Shown here: positions 39,138 to 52,019 of the stretch, one piece after another
Numbering within the stretch: position 1 is the first letter of the stretch
How the letters are laid out: each line of letters starts with the position of its first letter
Assembly (NCBI RefSeq): GCF_001194135.2
Contig: NC_068986.1
Location: 58,169,044-58,233,043, forward strand
Source: Octopus bimaculoides
Lineage: Eukaryota
Length of the DNA: 64,000 nucleotides
Reading direction: 5' to 3'
The notes under the pieces: model-generated
Seen by the model: the letters and a program-made list of their open reading frames with translations, nothing else
What the model was told of the DNA's origin: nothing
The model's database searches: none
Made by a program: the position numbers and the translations under genes

Positions 39138-39359
39138 AATAATAATCCTTTCTACTAAAGGCACAAGGCCTGAAATTTGGTGGAGGCGGATAGTCGATTA
39201 TATGGACCCTAGTGTTTCACTGGTACTTAATTTACCGACCCCGGAACGATGAAGAACAAAGTCGACCTCGGCGGAATTTGAACTCAAGAAGTAACGGTAG
39301 ACCAAATAATGCTAAGCATTTCGCTCGGCGTGCTAATGATCCTGCCAGTTCGTCGCCTT
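39138..39359 (-). mobile_element. Full-length family A SINE
   Basis: aataatcctttctactaaaggcacaaggcctgaaatt...gtcgacctcggcggaatttgaactc...gccagttcgtcgcctt. Confidence 0.88.
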
Positions 39360-40162
39360 TCAGCCTTTAATAAAAATGATCTTTTCTACAACAGACAAAA
39401 TTTTAGGTACGGGGGATACACGATTACATCAACCTCTGTGCTCGACTGGCTCTTAATAGTTGTAATAACGGTAATAATAATCACTTCCGAAATAAGTTCA
39501 AGTACGACCGTGTGGTTAAGAAGTTTACATTGCAGCCCTGTGATTCCATGTTTGATTCAACTGTACAGCATCTTGGGATTCTACGACACTTTGAATTGAT
39601 TAATTCGCATGTGTAGAACTTAGCAGACGGAAGTTATGCAGAAGTACGTCGTGTGCATGTATATACATGAATATATATATATATATATATACATGAATAT
39701 ATATNNNNNNNNNNNNNNNNNNNNNNNNNNNNNNNNNNNNNNNNNNNNNNNNNNNNNNNNNNNNNNNNNNNNNNNNNNNNNNNNNNNNNNNNNNNNNNNN
39801 NNNNNNNNNNNNNNNNNNNNNNNNNNNNNNNNNNNNNNNNNNNNNNNNNNNNNNNNNNNNNNNNNNNNNNNNNNNNNNNNNNNNNNNNNNNNNNNNNNNN
39901 NNNNNNNNNNNNNNNNNNNNNNNNNNNNNNNNNNNNNNNNNNNNNNNNNNNNNNNNNNNNNNATATATATATATATATATACCGGAGTAAGCATAAATAA
40001 ACACAAGCATATTTCTGCTGCTTTTAAATAAAGTATATATATATATATGTATATATGAATGTACATTTGTATATATATGTATATATATGGGTGTATATTT
40101 GTATATATATATATTTATATATATATATGTTTGTGTGTATGTATATGCATATATGTATGTAT

Positions 40163-40619
40163 ATTCTTTTATTCGTTGCAGTCATTTGACTGAAGCCATG
40201 CTGGAGCACCGCCTTTAGTCGAAGAAATCGACCCCAGCACTTATTCTTTGTAAGCCTAGTACTTATTCTGTGGTAAGTAGCTTGCTTACCAACCACATGG
40301 TTCCGGATTCAGTCCTACTGCGTGGCACCTTGCGCAAGTGTCTTCTACTATAGCCTCGGGCCGACCAAAGACTTGTGAGTGGATTTGGTAGACGGAAACT
40401 AAAAGAAGCCCGTCGTATATATATATATGTGTGTATGTGTGTGTGTGCATGTGTGTGTGTGTATGTTTATATGTGTATTTGTCCCCCCAACGTCGCTTCA
40501 CAACCGATGCTGATGTGTTTACGTCTCCGTAAACTAGCGGTTCGGCAAAAGACCGATAGAATGAGTACTAGGCTTACAAAGAATAAGTCCTGGGATCGAT
40601 TTGCTCGACTAAAGGCGGG
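40163..40619. mobile_element. Family B SINE with an internal inversion
   Basis: A minus-strand 3' end (40163-40269) is fused directly to a plus-strand head and body (40270-40619). 40210-40269 and 40558-40617 form a 60-bp inverted duplication. Confidence 0.85.
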
Positions 40620-40979
40620 ATTTGAACATTGAGCGCAGAAAGCAGGAACAAATACCACAAAACATTCTATACTTGGCTGCAATGACCCAATCAATCCACC
40701 GTTATTTAGTTGCGTTTGTAAAATGCCATGTTTTCTAGGTTATTCTTGTTTACTCCAAGTCTGATCGATGATTAAAGGCATTCAGTCAAGAGGGGGAATT
40801 AAGATTTTTGTCTTTGATACCTCAGATTGCACTACCCAATCTGTCCTTTTCTGGATGAATTCAAGAAAATTAAGCTACTTTTTTCCTCGTGTGTCTATAT
40901 AGAGGCTCTCACATTTACGTAGCCCGGTCAAGCTATTTTCACCCCCAACGTTAGAAGGAGGAAAATTACAAATTTTAAT

Positions 40980-41390
40980 ATACAAACTTTAGACTTCTTC
41001 ACTAATATTAACAAGCTACAGTATTGAATTTTACATCTATCGATCTTTAACCAGCTATACTAGTGAGTTTTGTCGTTATCGATCTTTCAGAAGCCTTCAA
41101 TCTGATTATCTTTTTCTCCGTATAAGTTGACCCCTAGAGGTCTGTAATATTCCCAAAAAGAACAGATGAATGTGGAGCTCAAACGGATTATAATAGCATT
41201 TTCATCTCTTGACCAAAATATACTGAGAAACCGAACAGCAGGAACTTTATCTTTATCGATTTTGATCTATATACCGGTTTTTCAATCAAATATTTTTTAT
41301 TTACCTTTTCTTTTTCTTTTTTATTTTCTGTATTTTATCAATAATGACTTCAGCTCTCTCGGGTTACATGATGCCCCTAGAGTGGTCGGC
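40980..41390 (+). pseudogene. Highly degenerate non-LTR reverse transcriptase fragment (CR1/L2/Jockey group)
   Basis: FVVIDLSEAFNLI resembles xLDLSKAFDxV. Downstream, PVFQSNIFYLPFLF..FINND resembles GVPQGSxLxPLLF..INDL. Spacing is plausible but conservation is poor. Confidence 0.45.
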
Positions 41391-41676
41391 TTGAAAGAAG
41401 AATGTGTTTGTTTTCAACAGGAATATGGTAGTGTTACTTTAAAAAAAATTCTTTTACTGGCTTCAGTTTGTGGATTGCGACCATGCTGGAGTACTACTTT
41501 TACATTTCTAGTCAATCATATTGACCACAATACGTTTTCTAATAGTTTTTTTTTCTTCTCAATTTGTATTTATCAAATGGCTAAATTCACATTAACATAA
41601 AAGAATACTCAATACCCAAATACAATGTAAATTTTTGTTCGACACCTATTATTGGCCATCTGTCACCGATACATAC

Positions 41677-41744
<68 letters not shown>

Positions 41745-41984
41745 CTAACTACTCCTTTACTGCATACTGAGCAGGGCCATCTACCTGAAGGGGTTTGTGT
41801 TTTATCTACCTTCCTACTTATTAGGATTTTGTTTTTGCTAGGTCGACTCTAAGGCCCTTCGATTCTAGTCCTTGCTTCCTTGTCTTCGAAACGTCTAGAT
41901 AGAATAGAGACAGCTGATGAAGGGATATTCCAAGGGGCTTTCCGTTTTCCTATGTGTTCGTTCCGTTGTCTGTAGTTTATTGTT

Positions 41985-42065
41985 CTAACGTCCTGTACCC
42001 TGATATGCATGTATATACACATGTAGATGTAAGTATGTACATATATGTGTGTATACATGTATATA
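41985..42065 (+). repeat. Unclassified family D repeat (copy 2)
   Basis: acgtcctgtaccctgatatgcatgtatatacacatgtagatgtaagtatgtacatatatg. Confidence 0.75.
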
Positions 42066-42161
42066 TATTCTNNNNNNNNNNNNNNNNNNNNNNNNNNNNN
42101 NNNNNNNNNNNNNNNNNNNNNNNNNNNNNNNNNNNNNNNNNNNNNNNNNNNNNNNNNNNNN

Positions 42162-42193
<32 letters not shown>

Positions 42194-42940
42194 AACGTAA
42201 GATACATAGACGTGTATGTGTGTGTGGGGGGTATGGGTGTGTTTATGTATATACAATCAGCCGGTGAGATCAGAGATGATCAGTATAGAAAACACGTAGT
42301 AGTGCTCAAATGATTTAAACTCCGAAGTCTTTATCGGAACTAGGTCCATGGGCTATAGCCACTATTTATGTATATATATAATTAATCATTTGTAGGATTC
42401 ATTCGAATCAAGGTATTCTAATAATAACAATGCTAAGTCAGGGTCAGGGTTAGCTTATCGGTGCGAATAGAGTATACGGACATTCACGCATACATCAATG
42501 TCCTAACACTACGTATACATGCACATGAACAAATCAATAAACACATTCATATAAGAATAATTATGTATGGAAAATATATATATGTGCATGCCGTCTAGCA
42601 GATTTACGATTCCCTGTGAATTCCAGATCCAATGTAGGGAAGGTTCCAGGTGTGGTGTTTACATAAAGAAAGGGTATATATATAAGAAAAGACGTGACAA
42701 AGGGATAAACGATTATCTGATAAATTTCACTGGCTTACAGCTGTTTCTACTATGGGATGCAGTGGATTCATAACTGAATGCTTCAGTACAACCTTAACTT
42801 TCATCGTTTATCTCATTATCATCTGGGGGTTTTTTGGGGTTTTTTTTTGTTTTCTTTTTGTAACGACTCTGTACTCGACGAAGCCTCCGTTTAGAAACGA
42901 CGTATATTGAATTTTACACCAGCTTATTAGTATCGCAATG

Positions 42941-42985
42941 CCTCTACCATATCCACCTCTACCATATCCACCTCTACCATATCCA
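42941..42985. repeat. 15-bp tandem repeat x3 (cctctaccatatcca)
   Basis: Three perfect units. One unit plus its downstream flank recurs at 46026-46057. Confidence 0.9.
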
Positions 42986-43006
42986 CCCCTGTTCTTACTA
43001 CTACAG

Positions 43007-43061
<55 letters not shown>

Positions 43062-43626
43062 NNNNNNNNNNNNNNNNNNNNNNNNNNNNNNNNNNNNNNN
43101 NNNNNNNNNNNNNNNNNNNNNNNNNNNNNNNNNNNNNNNNNNNNNNNNNNNNNNNNNNNNNNNNNNNNNNNNNNNNNNNNNNNNNNNNNNNNNNNNNNNN
43201 NNNNNNNNNNNNNNNNNNNNNNNNNNNNNNNNNNNNNNNNNNNNNNNNNNNNNNNNNNNNNNNNNNNNNNNNNNNNNNNNNNNNNNNNNNNNNNNNNNNN
43301 NNNNNNNNNNNNNNNNNNNNNNNNNNNNNNNNNNNNNNNNNNNNNNNNNNNNNNNNNNNNNNNNNNNNNNNNNNNNNNNNNNNNNNNNNNNNNNNNNNNN
43401 NNNNNNNNNNNNNNNNNNNNNNNNNNNNNNNNNNNNNNNNNNNNNNNNNNNNGTAAATTATACATATATATATTATGTATATATATATATATGTATATAT
43501 ATTTATATATATATATGTGTATATATATGTATTATGCATATGTATGTATATATGTACATATCTATCTATCGCTCTCTCTCTCCCTCTCTCTCTCCCTCTC
43601 TCTCTCCCTCTCTCCCTTCCCCCCCC

Positions 43627-43665
<39 letters not shown>

Positions 43666-44041
43666 GTTAAGATTAAAGTGTAATGTTTGTGTATTTTAAT
43701 CGATGAGCTTCCATAAAATTTCCGTCGGACAAATTTCAGTTAAGTCATTCCTCAACTCGAGACGATAGAATACAACTCTTGCCTATAGTATCACACAGTG
43801 AGTTCGAACCCAGAATCATGTGACCTCGATGCAAAATTCTTAACTACAATAACCACACTGTTCAAAAATTTCATTCCGAGAATCTCTTTGCCTTCAAATA
43901 ATGCATTTCATTATTCCATTGGTGATTCATTTTGACAACAGCTTGAAGATGTGGCATCGACCAGAGAAAGGAACTGGTTATCTAAGCTTGAATGTTTTTC
44001 CATTTTTTGAAGAAGCTGGGACTCATATGTAAATAATGATT

Positions 44042-44097
<56 letters not shown>

Positions 44098-44936
44098 TAT
44101 AAATATATAGTTTCAAATTTTGGCACACGACCAGAAATTTCGGGTGTGGGGGAAAATCGATTATATAGACCCCAGTTGATNNNNNNNNNNNNNNNNNNNN
44201 NNNNNNNNNNNNNNNNNNNNNNNNNNNNNNNNNNNNNNNNNNNNNNNNNNNNNNNNNNNNNNNNNNNNNNNNNNNNNNNNNNNNNNNNNNNNNNNNNNNN
44301 NNNNNNNNNNNNNNNNNNNNNNNNNNNNNNNNNNNNNNNNNNNNNNNNNNNNNNNNNNNNNNNNNNNNNNNNNNNNNNNNNNNNNNNNNNNNNNNNNNNN
44401 NNNNNNNNNNNNNNNNNNNNNNNNNNNNNNNNNNNNNNNNNNNNNNNNNNNNNNNNNNNNNNNNNNNNNNNNNNNNNNNNNNNNNNNNNNNNNNNNNNNN
44501 NNNNNNNNNNNNNNNNNNNNNNNNNNNNNNNNNNNNNNNNNNNNNNNNNNNNNNNNNNNNNNNNNNNNNNNNNNNNNNNNNNNNNNNNNNNNNNNNNNNN
44601 NNNNNNNNNNNNNNNNNNNNNNNNNNNNNNNNNNNNNNNNNNNNNNNNNNNNNNNNNNNNNNNNNNNNNNNNNNNNNNNNNNNNNNNNNNNNNNNNNNNN
44701 NNNNNNNNNNNNNNNNNNNNNNNNNNNNNNNNNNNNNNNNNNNNNNNNNNNNNNNNNNNNNNNNNNNNNNNNNNNNNNNNNNNNNNNNNNNNNNNNNNNN
44801 NNNNNNNNNNNNNNNNNNNNNNNNNNNNNNNNNNNNNNNNNNNNNNNNNNNNNNNNNNNNNNNNNNNNNNNNNNNNNNNNNNNNNNNNNNNNNNNNNNNN
44901 NNNNNNNNNNNNNNNNNNNNNNNNNNNNNNNNNNNN

Positions 44937-44990
<54 letters not shown>

Positions 44991-45502
44991 CACATATATG
45001 TGTGTGTGAGTTCAAACATTCATCTAGCTTCTTTATATAACTGAAACCCGCCACCCGTTACTTAGAAAATGTAGTATTGGTATACTGCTAGTGAAGGAAG
45101 AGACGGAATGGTCAAGGTCAGTGTGTACTTGGTCATAGTTCTACTTGATTAAGAGATGATCTGGACTTAATGAACTATAAGAACTAATCGTCTCATTTCC
45201 TTGCAGATCGACATATTACAGGAAGCATTGGTAAAGAAGGTGTGTCACTCCAATGTATGGTATCACCTTATATGATGATATCTTAGAATTTTGTTTGAGA
45301 TATCTTTTGTCGAATTATTGTATGAAAGGTTAGCTCTATGTCCAGGTAGAATGAAATGGAAATGTTTGCTTTGTTTTTGGAAAAATATCAGACATAAAAC
45401 ATCTTTTAACTCAGTATATAGGCACATATGAGGATGTGCGCGTATGTATGTATGTGTATGTGCGTATGTATGTGTGTGTGTGTGTACGTATACATGCATA
45501 CA

Positions 45503-45565
<63 letters not shown>

Positions 45566-46175
45566 GTATGCAGATATATGTATATGTCCATAAGCACATG
45601 CGTGATCACGCGCGCACACACATGCACAGACACATACATACATACATACATACATACATACATACATACACATATACATATATGCATACATACATACACA
45701 CGCAACGACAAAAATGCGCAAGCGCGTACTAGACTCATTCGACTTATACCTTCTCTCCCCCTCTTTCTTTCTCTCTCTCTTTCTCTTTCTCTCTCTCCCT
45801 CTCTCATTTCTTGTACAGCTCCTTCATGTTTTCATCTCTTACTCATTTATTCCTCTCTTCATCCTCCTCCTTCCTCTAATATCCGAATCCAAATTAACCA
45901 TTCTCCGTTGCTGGCAAATCCCCTTCTCCACTCCTCTGTTATATTCTCCGCCCTCATTCTCTTTCCGTCATCGTCATCTTCGTTCGCAGTCATTGTTATT
46001 GACCTGACCTCTCCCCCGCTCCCTACCTCTACCATATCCACCCGTGTTCTTCCTACTCCTCCTCCTCCGCCTCTTTCTCTAACCTCCTTCTGCCCTGTAA
46101 TATCTCATGGCTTATTTCTCTTTTTCTCCGTCTTCCACACCGCCTCGCCCACAACACACCAACGTTATTATTAAA

Positions 46176-46390
46176 TAAATTGGTTGAATCGTTAGAGCGT
46201 TGTACAAAACGTCCCTGCATTATTTAGTTAGACTCATATACGCTCTGAGTTCAAATCCTAAGTCGACTTTGCCTTTCATCTTTCATTCCAAGGTTGATAA
46301 AATAAAATACCAGTCGTTATTTTGAGGTCGATACAATCGACTATTCCCTTCCACCAAATATCAGCTTCGCTCTTCTTTTAGAAGCATTAT
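46176..46390 (+). mobile_element. Degenerate family A SINE
   Basis: gaatcgttagagcg...ctgagttcaaatcc...gtcgactttgcctttcatc...gaggtcgatacaatcgact. Confidence 0.78.
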
Positions 46391-46560
46391 AACCATGGCG
46401 GAGGGGCATAAGGCATTTTGTCTAACGGTTAACGATTCTATCAATTCGTCGAGTGAGTTATAACCGTTCGCAAATAGATCGGTCAATTTTTGGACAGATC
46501 TAGCGGCAACTCCTTCTGTATCCCTCTCTTTACTTCTTTTTTTTTTTTCCCTCTCTGTAT

Positions 46561-46617
<57 letters not shown>

Positions 46618-47629
46618 TACCTTTGAGTAGTGGTTGCTAGACAGACCCGCTCGCTCGATCTAATACATTTTCTGGAGAACGAGACGCTATATTTACACGA
46701 TCATTCTTAAAGTGTAATGCAAACGATTCCAGCTGATGACCGGATATGAGTAATTCGGAGTACTGGAAGTTGGAATCTTTCAGTTATAATATATTAGAGA
46801 ATATTCTACATTTGTATTGAGTCCTGTAATTCATTGCTTCTCAGGAAACAAGAGAATGTGCCTTCGCATTTATCAAACTGGTTTGATAAGTGCTAACGCT
46901 AAATATTAATGTATGTATGTATGTATGTATGTATGTATGTATATATATATATATATATATATATACATACATACATACATATATATATATATANNNNNNN
47001 NNNNNNNNNNNNNNNNNNNNNNNNNNNNNNNNNNNNNNNNNNNNNNNNNNNNNNNNNNNNNNNNNNNNNNNNNNNNNNNNNNNNNNNNNNNNNNNNNNNN
47101 NNNNNNNNNNNNNNNNNNNNNNNNNNNNNNNNNNNNNNNNNNNNNNNNNNNNNNNNNNNNNNNNNNNNNNNNNNNNNNNNNNNNNNNNNNNNNNNNNNNN
47201 NNNNNNNNNNNNNNNNNNNNNNNNNNNNNNNNNNNNNNNNNNNNNNNNNNNNNNNNNNNNNNNNNNNNNNNNNNNNNNNNNNNNNNNNNNNNNNNNNNNN
47301 NNNNNTATTAATGTATGTATGTATGTATGTATGTATGTATGTATATATATATATATATATATATATACATACATACATACATATAGATAGATAGATGTAA
47401 AGGCTCACACACACACACATGCATTCGTATACGAAGCAGGTTACAAGCGCCGAGTGAGTGTAAAATGGTAACCAAACATTCTTAAAGTGTATCAGTGCAC
47501 GAACTTCGATTTCAGCTGTTTTTGTTAAACACATTTAGTTTCACTTTCAGATTGTGAATTATATGAAATTTCACTTCATTTCACTTCCAATGAGACTGAA
47601 GTTGTCTATGTAATGGAACTGATGGTAAT

Positions 47630-47990
47630 TGCTACGATAGACTTCATGATGTGGCTAGACCTACTAATAATAGCAGTCAAATCTCCCTCAAATAAAACTT
47701 TACAGTCTTTAGAAATATGAAAGACTAGATAATGTAGTTCTAGATGGATTATTCTTGAAAACTAGGAGTAATCATAGCTGGAAGCCTTTAACCAAATGTT
47801 CATCTGGAACTAAACAACAAGAACAGAACATGCAAATAACATCCAGAAGGTTTAGCTGTCTTTCTACTGATTTTGTTATTGTTGCTGTTTAGCTTTGCGT
47901 CAACATTGATCAAGCAGCGCTGTGATCAAGTGTTTCAGCCGTAAATATCCCGTCTTTATTTTTGGCTTAGCATGTCTAGGACTACATTAT
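47630..47990. repeat. Two oppositely oriented family C repeats
   Basis: aatagcagtcaaatctccctcaaat...gaactaaacaacaa, followed by gttgctgtttagctttgcgtca...atcccgtcttt. Confidence 0.65.
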
Positions 47991-48430
47991 CAAATGTATC
48001 CATTTTTCAAAGATTGAAGAATACATTTTGAGGTAGATTTGGCAGGTATTTATTTCAAACATGTGGGATTGACCATGTGGCGGATACCTCGTCGTTGTTC
48101 CATAGGCCAGTTGCTGAGTGATAAACAATAACTTGTGTAGTTCTTTCATGCACGGGTGTGTATACACGCGCGTGCGCACACACAATGTCTCTCTTTTTTC
48201 TCTCTTTCTCTTTGCTCGGCTATACTCAACATAATAAAATATATTCATTCATTCAAAGCTAGAAGCTTACCCTCTGTTGCCACTCCGGGCTTCCTGTTAT
48301 CTCCTCCATCCTTCCGCTCTTTCTCTCTTTCTCACCCTCTCTTTCACATATGTGTGTGTGTGTGTGTGTATGTATTTATGTGTGCGTGTGTGTATATATA
48401 TAAATAAATGTGTGTGTGTGTGTGTATTGA

Positions 48431-48461
<31 letters not shown>

Positions 48462-48562
48462 NNNNNNNNNNNNNNNNNNNNNNNNNNNNNNNNNNNNNNN
48501 NNNNNNNNNNNNNNNNNNNNNNNNNNNNNNNNNNNNNNNNNNNNNNNNNNNNNNNNNNNNNN

Positions 48563-48607
<45 letters not shown>

Positions 48608-49649
48608 CACACACACTCACATACACCCCACCTTACATACACACACACACACAAATCATATATCATTTGTCTGTTTCGGAATGGACTTTTCCAATTATTA
48701 TTTATTTATTATTTCATTTTATTTTATTTTTGTTATTAAATCAAATATTTTCCATCATTTATTTATTAATCTATTTTTTATTTGTTTCCTTATATATCTA
48801 GATTTGATTTTTATTTGTTATTTTCCCCTATTTTCTATCAATGTTTCAACTAAATTCGATAAATCGATTTCCATCAATGAATGCCAAGTAAAGATTTTAT
48901 ATTTATTGGGGACATAATGATTAATATCTCTGTGTTTTCCCAATCACCTAGACTGACATTGATATAATAAAAGTTCGTTAAAAACAACCCTGTAATGAAC
49001 GAGGTAGACTCACTTTCTCCCTGATATAGATCGCCAGGAAACAGTTTCGATCACTGACTACTCAGTATTGAAATCTACAATAAATCTACACACACTCAAG
49101 TGCACAGATTTTACAGTACGTATGTGCATAAGTGTTTGCATTTGTCGCTTATTGTTTGCTAATCAAAATATACAAGCACTGTTGTGTTAGTGTGTGTGTG
49201 TGTGTGTGTGTGTGTTTGTGTTAACCCTGGTAGGTGAGAAAATGAGAGAATGGAGAATTTAGCACGTGTTGTTGAAGTTGGTGATATATAATAATACTGA
49301 CTAAGGTTAACACTTTTGAAAGTTTCGTAGGTCTAGATACGTGTCTACATCTCCAGTTATATAGGGTGAGAGTTTGACTTAGAAAGAAGGTCTTGATGAT
49401 TTAGACATATAACTGCGCCTTCGAAACTAAGTGATGTATATGCAAATGCGTTGATTTGTATATCCTCGCATGCATATTCATGTATATGTATATGCGTATA
49501 TGTCTGCATATAGAGATGTGTATATGAACATAATAATGCGTGCATGGGAACATATATGTGTGTATGTGCGTGTATGCGTGTACGCATGTATATATGTGTG
49601 TATGTATACATATGTATATAATAATACAAATAATATGTGAGTATATGCA

Positions 49650-49760
49650 TATATACGTACATGTATGTACATACCTACATCTACATGTATATATAGATGC
49701 ATATCTGGGTACAGGACGTCACAAAAAAACGTGGACAAAATGAAAAAAGAGAACATAAAC
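49650..49760 (-). repeat. Unclassified family D repeat (copy 3)
   Basis: + strand catacctacatctacatgtatatatagatgcatatctgggtacaggacgt is the reverse complement of the family D motif. Confidence 0.75.
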
Positions 49761-50822
49761 AAAGCACGGAAAACAAACTTTTTTTCGGACAACGGTAGGA
49801 ACACACAGGAAAACCGATAGGCCACATAGNNNNNNNNNNNNNNNNNNNNNNNNNNNNNNNNNNNNNNNNNNNNNNNNNNNNNNNNNNNNNNNNNNNNNNN
49901 NNNNNNNNNNNNNNNNNNNNNNNNNNNNNNNNNNNNNNNNNNNNNNNNNNNNNNNNNNNNNNNNNNNNNNNNNNNNNNNNNNNNNNNNNNNNNNNNNNNN
50001 NNNNNNNNNNNNNNNNNNNNNNNNNNNNNNNNNNNNNNNNNNNNNNNNNNNNNNNNNNNNNNNNNNNNNNNNNNNNNNNNNNNNNNNNNNNNNNNNNNNN
50101 NNNNNNNNNNNNNNNNNNNNNNNNNNNNNNNNNNNNNNNNNNNNNNNNNNNNNNNNNNNNNNNNNNNNNNNNNNNNNNNNNNNNNNNNNNNNNNNNNNNN
50201 NNNNNNNNNNNNNNNNNNNNNNNNNNNNNNNNNNNNNNNNNNNNNNNNNNNNNNNNNNNNNNNNNNNNNNNNNNNNNNNNNNNNNNNNNNNNNNNNNNNN
50301 NNNNNNNNNNNNNNNNNNNNNNNNNNNNNNNNNNNNNNNNNNNNNNNNNNNNNNNNNNNNNNNNNNNNNNNNNNNNNNNNNNNNNNNNNNNNNNNNNNNN
50401 NNNNNNNNNNNNNNNNNNNNNNNNNNNNNNNNNNNNNNNNNNNNNNNNNNNNNNNNNNNNNNNNNNNNNNNNNNNNNNNNNNNNNNNNNNNNNNNNNNNN
50501 NNNNNNNNNNNNNNNNNNNNNNNNNNNNNNNNNNNNNNNNNNNNNNNNNNNNNNNNNNNNNNNNNNNNNNNNNNNNNNNNNNNNNNNNNNNNNNNNNNNN
50601 NNNNNNNNNNNNNNNNNNNNNNNNNNNNNNNNNNNNNNNNNNNNNNNNNNNNNNNNNNNNNNNNNNNNNNNNNNNNNNNNNNNNNNNNNNNNNNNNNNNN
50701 NNNNNNNNNNNNNNNNNNNNNNNNNNNNNNNNNNNNNNNNNNNNNNNNNNNNNNNNNNNNNNNNNNNNGTGTGTGTGTATTAATTAATAGTAGGAGATGG
50801 ATTTCGTATTAGACTTTTATTA

Positions 50823-50869
50823 AGTGTAACATATGTTTCGACCCATCAGTCTGGGTTTCTTCAGGTACA
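50823..50869 (-). ncRNA. Minimal type I hammerhead ribozyme motif, copy 1 (core intact, stem I damaged)
   Basis: Minus strand: tgtac CTGAAGA aaccca gactga tgggtc GAAA catatg T T acac. Core and palindromic stem III are intact; the 3' strand of stem I and the closing pair of stem II are mutated. Confidence 0.7.
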
Positions 50870-51973
50870 TTGATAAAGAAGTCTCACAAAAAAAAAAAAA
50901 AACAATTTTGCTCATGCAGAGACAGATCCAAATGTCCCTTGGACAATTAATGCATGACCAGATATGTGGTGTATAAGTGCACAGTAAACTCGAGAGGAGG
51001 CTCTTACGTATATATCAGTGTATCGGCCGATATTTTCAAAAATCGATATCGTAAGCACATAGCCGGCTTTCGAAAAATCATTAAACTGTGTGTAACATCA
51101 CTGGTTGATTTTATCTGGTGACTCAAAGAATAGAAGGCAAAATATGACCTGATCTGGTTCATAATTGGACATGCAAGTTCCTATAACACATTATCCCGGA
51201 AATACCAGCTATGTTCCGAAGAATCACTCTCAGTATCGTAAACAAAGGAGCACTTAATAAACTGATTTACGGAACAATTACCCAGTTGCCTGCATACAGC
51301 TAAGCACATATTCACACACTACAATCTAACTACACCTAATTGATGCAAACCTAACACCCACAACTTGTATTAATCCCTCTGAGTTAAAACTTCATATACA
51401 AAAAAAAAAAGAACGTATCCGAATAACATGTATTTAGACATCCAGATGTGTATATGTATATATATGTATGTATCTGTATGTGAATTTATGTGTATATATA
51501 TATATATATGTGTGTGTGTGTATGTCTGGGTCTATGTACGTATCTATATGCATCTTTAAGTATGAGTGTATATGTGTATATGCGGTTGTGTACTTACATA
51601 TATGTGTTTGTGTATATATGTATATGTGTGTGCATGTGTATATGTATGTGTGTGTATATGTATGTATACATGTGTGTATATGTCTATTATGAATGTGTAT
51701 GTGTGTGTGCGTGCGTGTGTATGTGTTTATGCATGCTTGTGTGTCCCTGTCAGTCCGTCTGTATGTATATGCATGAACATGAAACTACTTGTCTAAGTAT
51801 TCATCTTCCTTTCTCCTATTTTCTTTTTCTTCTGGAACGCAAGATTTCCACGTTCATATTTGAGTTTTTTGCATTTCTATGATATTATTTGCTTTTATTC
51901 ATTTTCTAACTTGATGGGCTTATAAGAACAAGCCAACTGGCACTAAAAATCTCTATTGAGATTTCTTTATCAA

Positions 51974-52019
51974 TGTACTTGAGGAGACCGAGACTGATGG
52001 GTCGAGACATATGTTGTAC
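51974..52019 (+). ncRNA. Minimal type I hammerhead ribozyme motif, copy 2 (stems largely intact, core mutated)
   Basis: tgtac TTGAGGA gaccga gactga tgggtc GAGA catatg T T gtac. Stems I, II (one mismatch) and III pair; the core carries C3>T and GAAA>GAGA changes. Confidence 0.68.

Noticed and set aside
41880-41935. GAAACGTC...CTGATGA in type II hammerhead order
   Set aside because: Stem I cannot pair and no GAAA follows the downstream stem. At most these are fragments of a PLE-like terminus.
50909-51241. Selenocysteine recoding as reported for some Naiad PLEs
   Set aside because: The in-frame stops are TAA, TGA and TAG at non-cysteine positions. They look like ordinary decay, and no SECIS was recognised.
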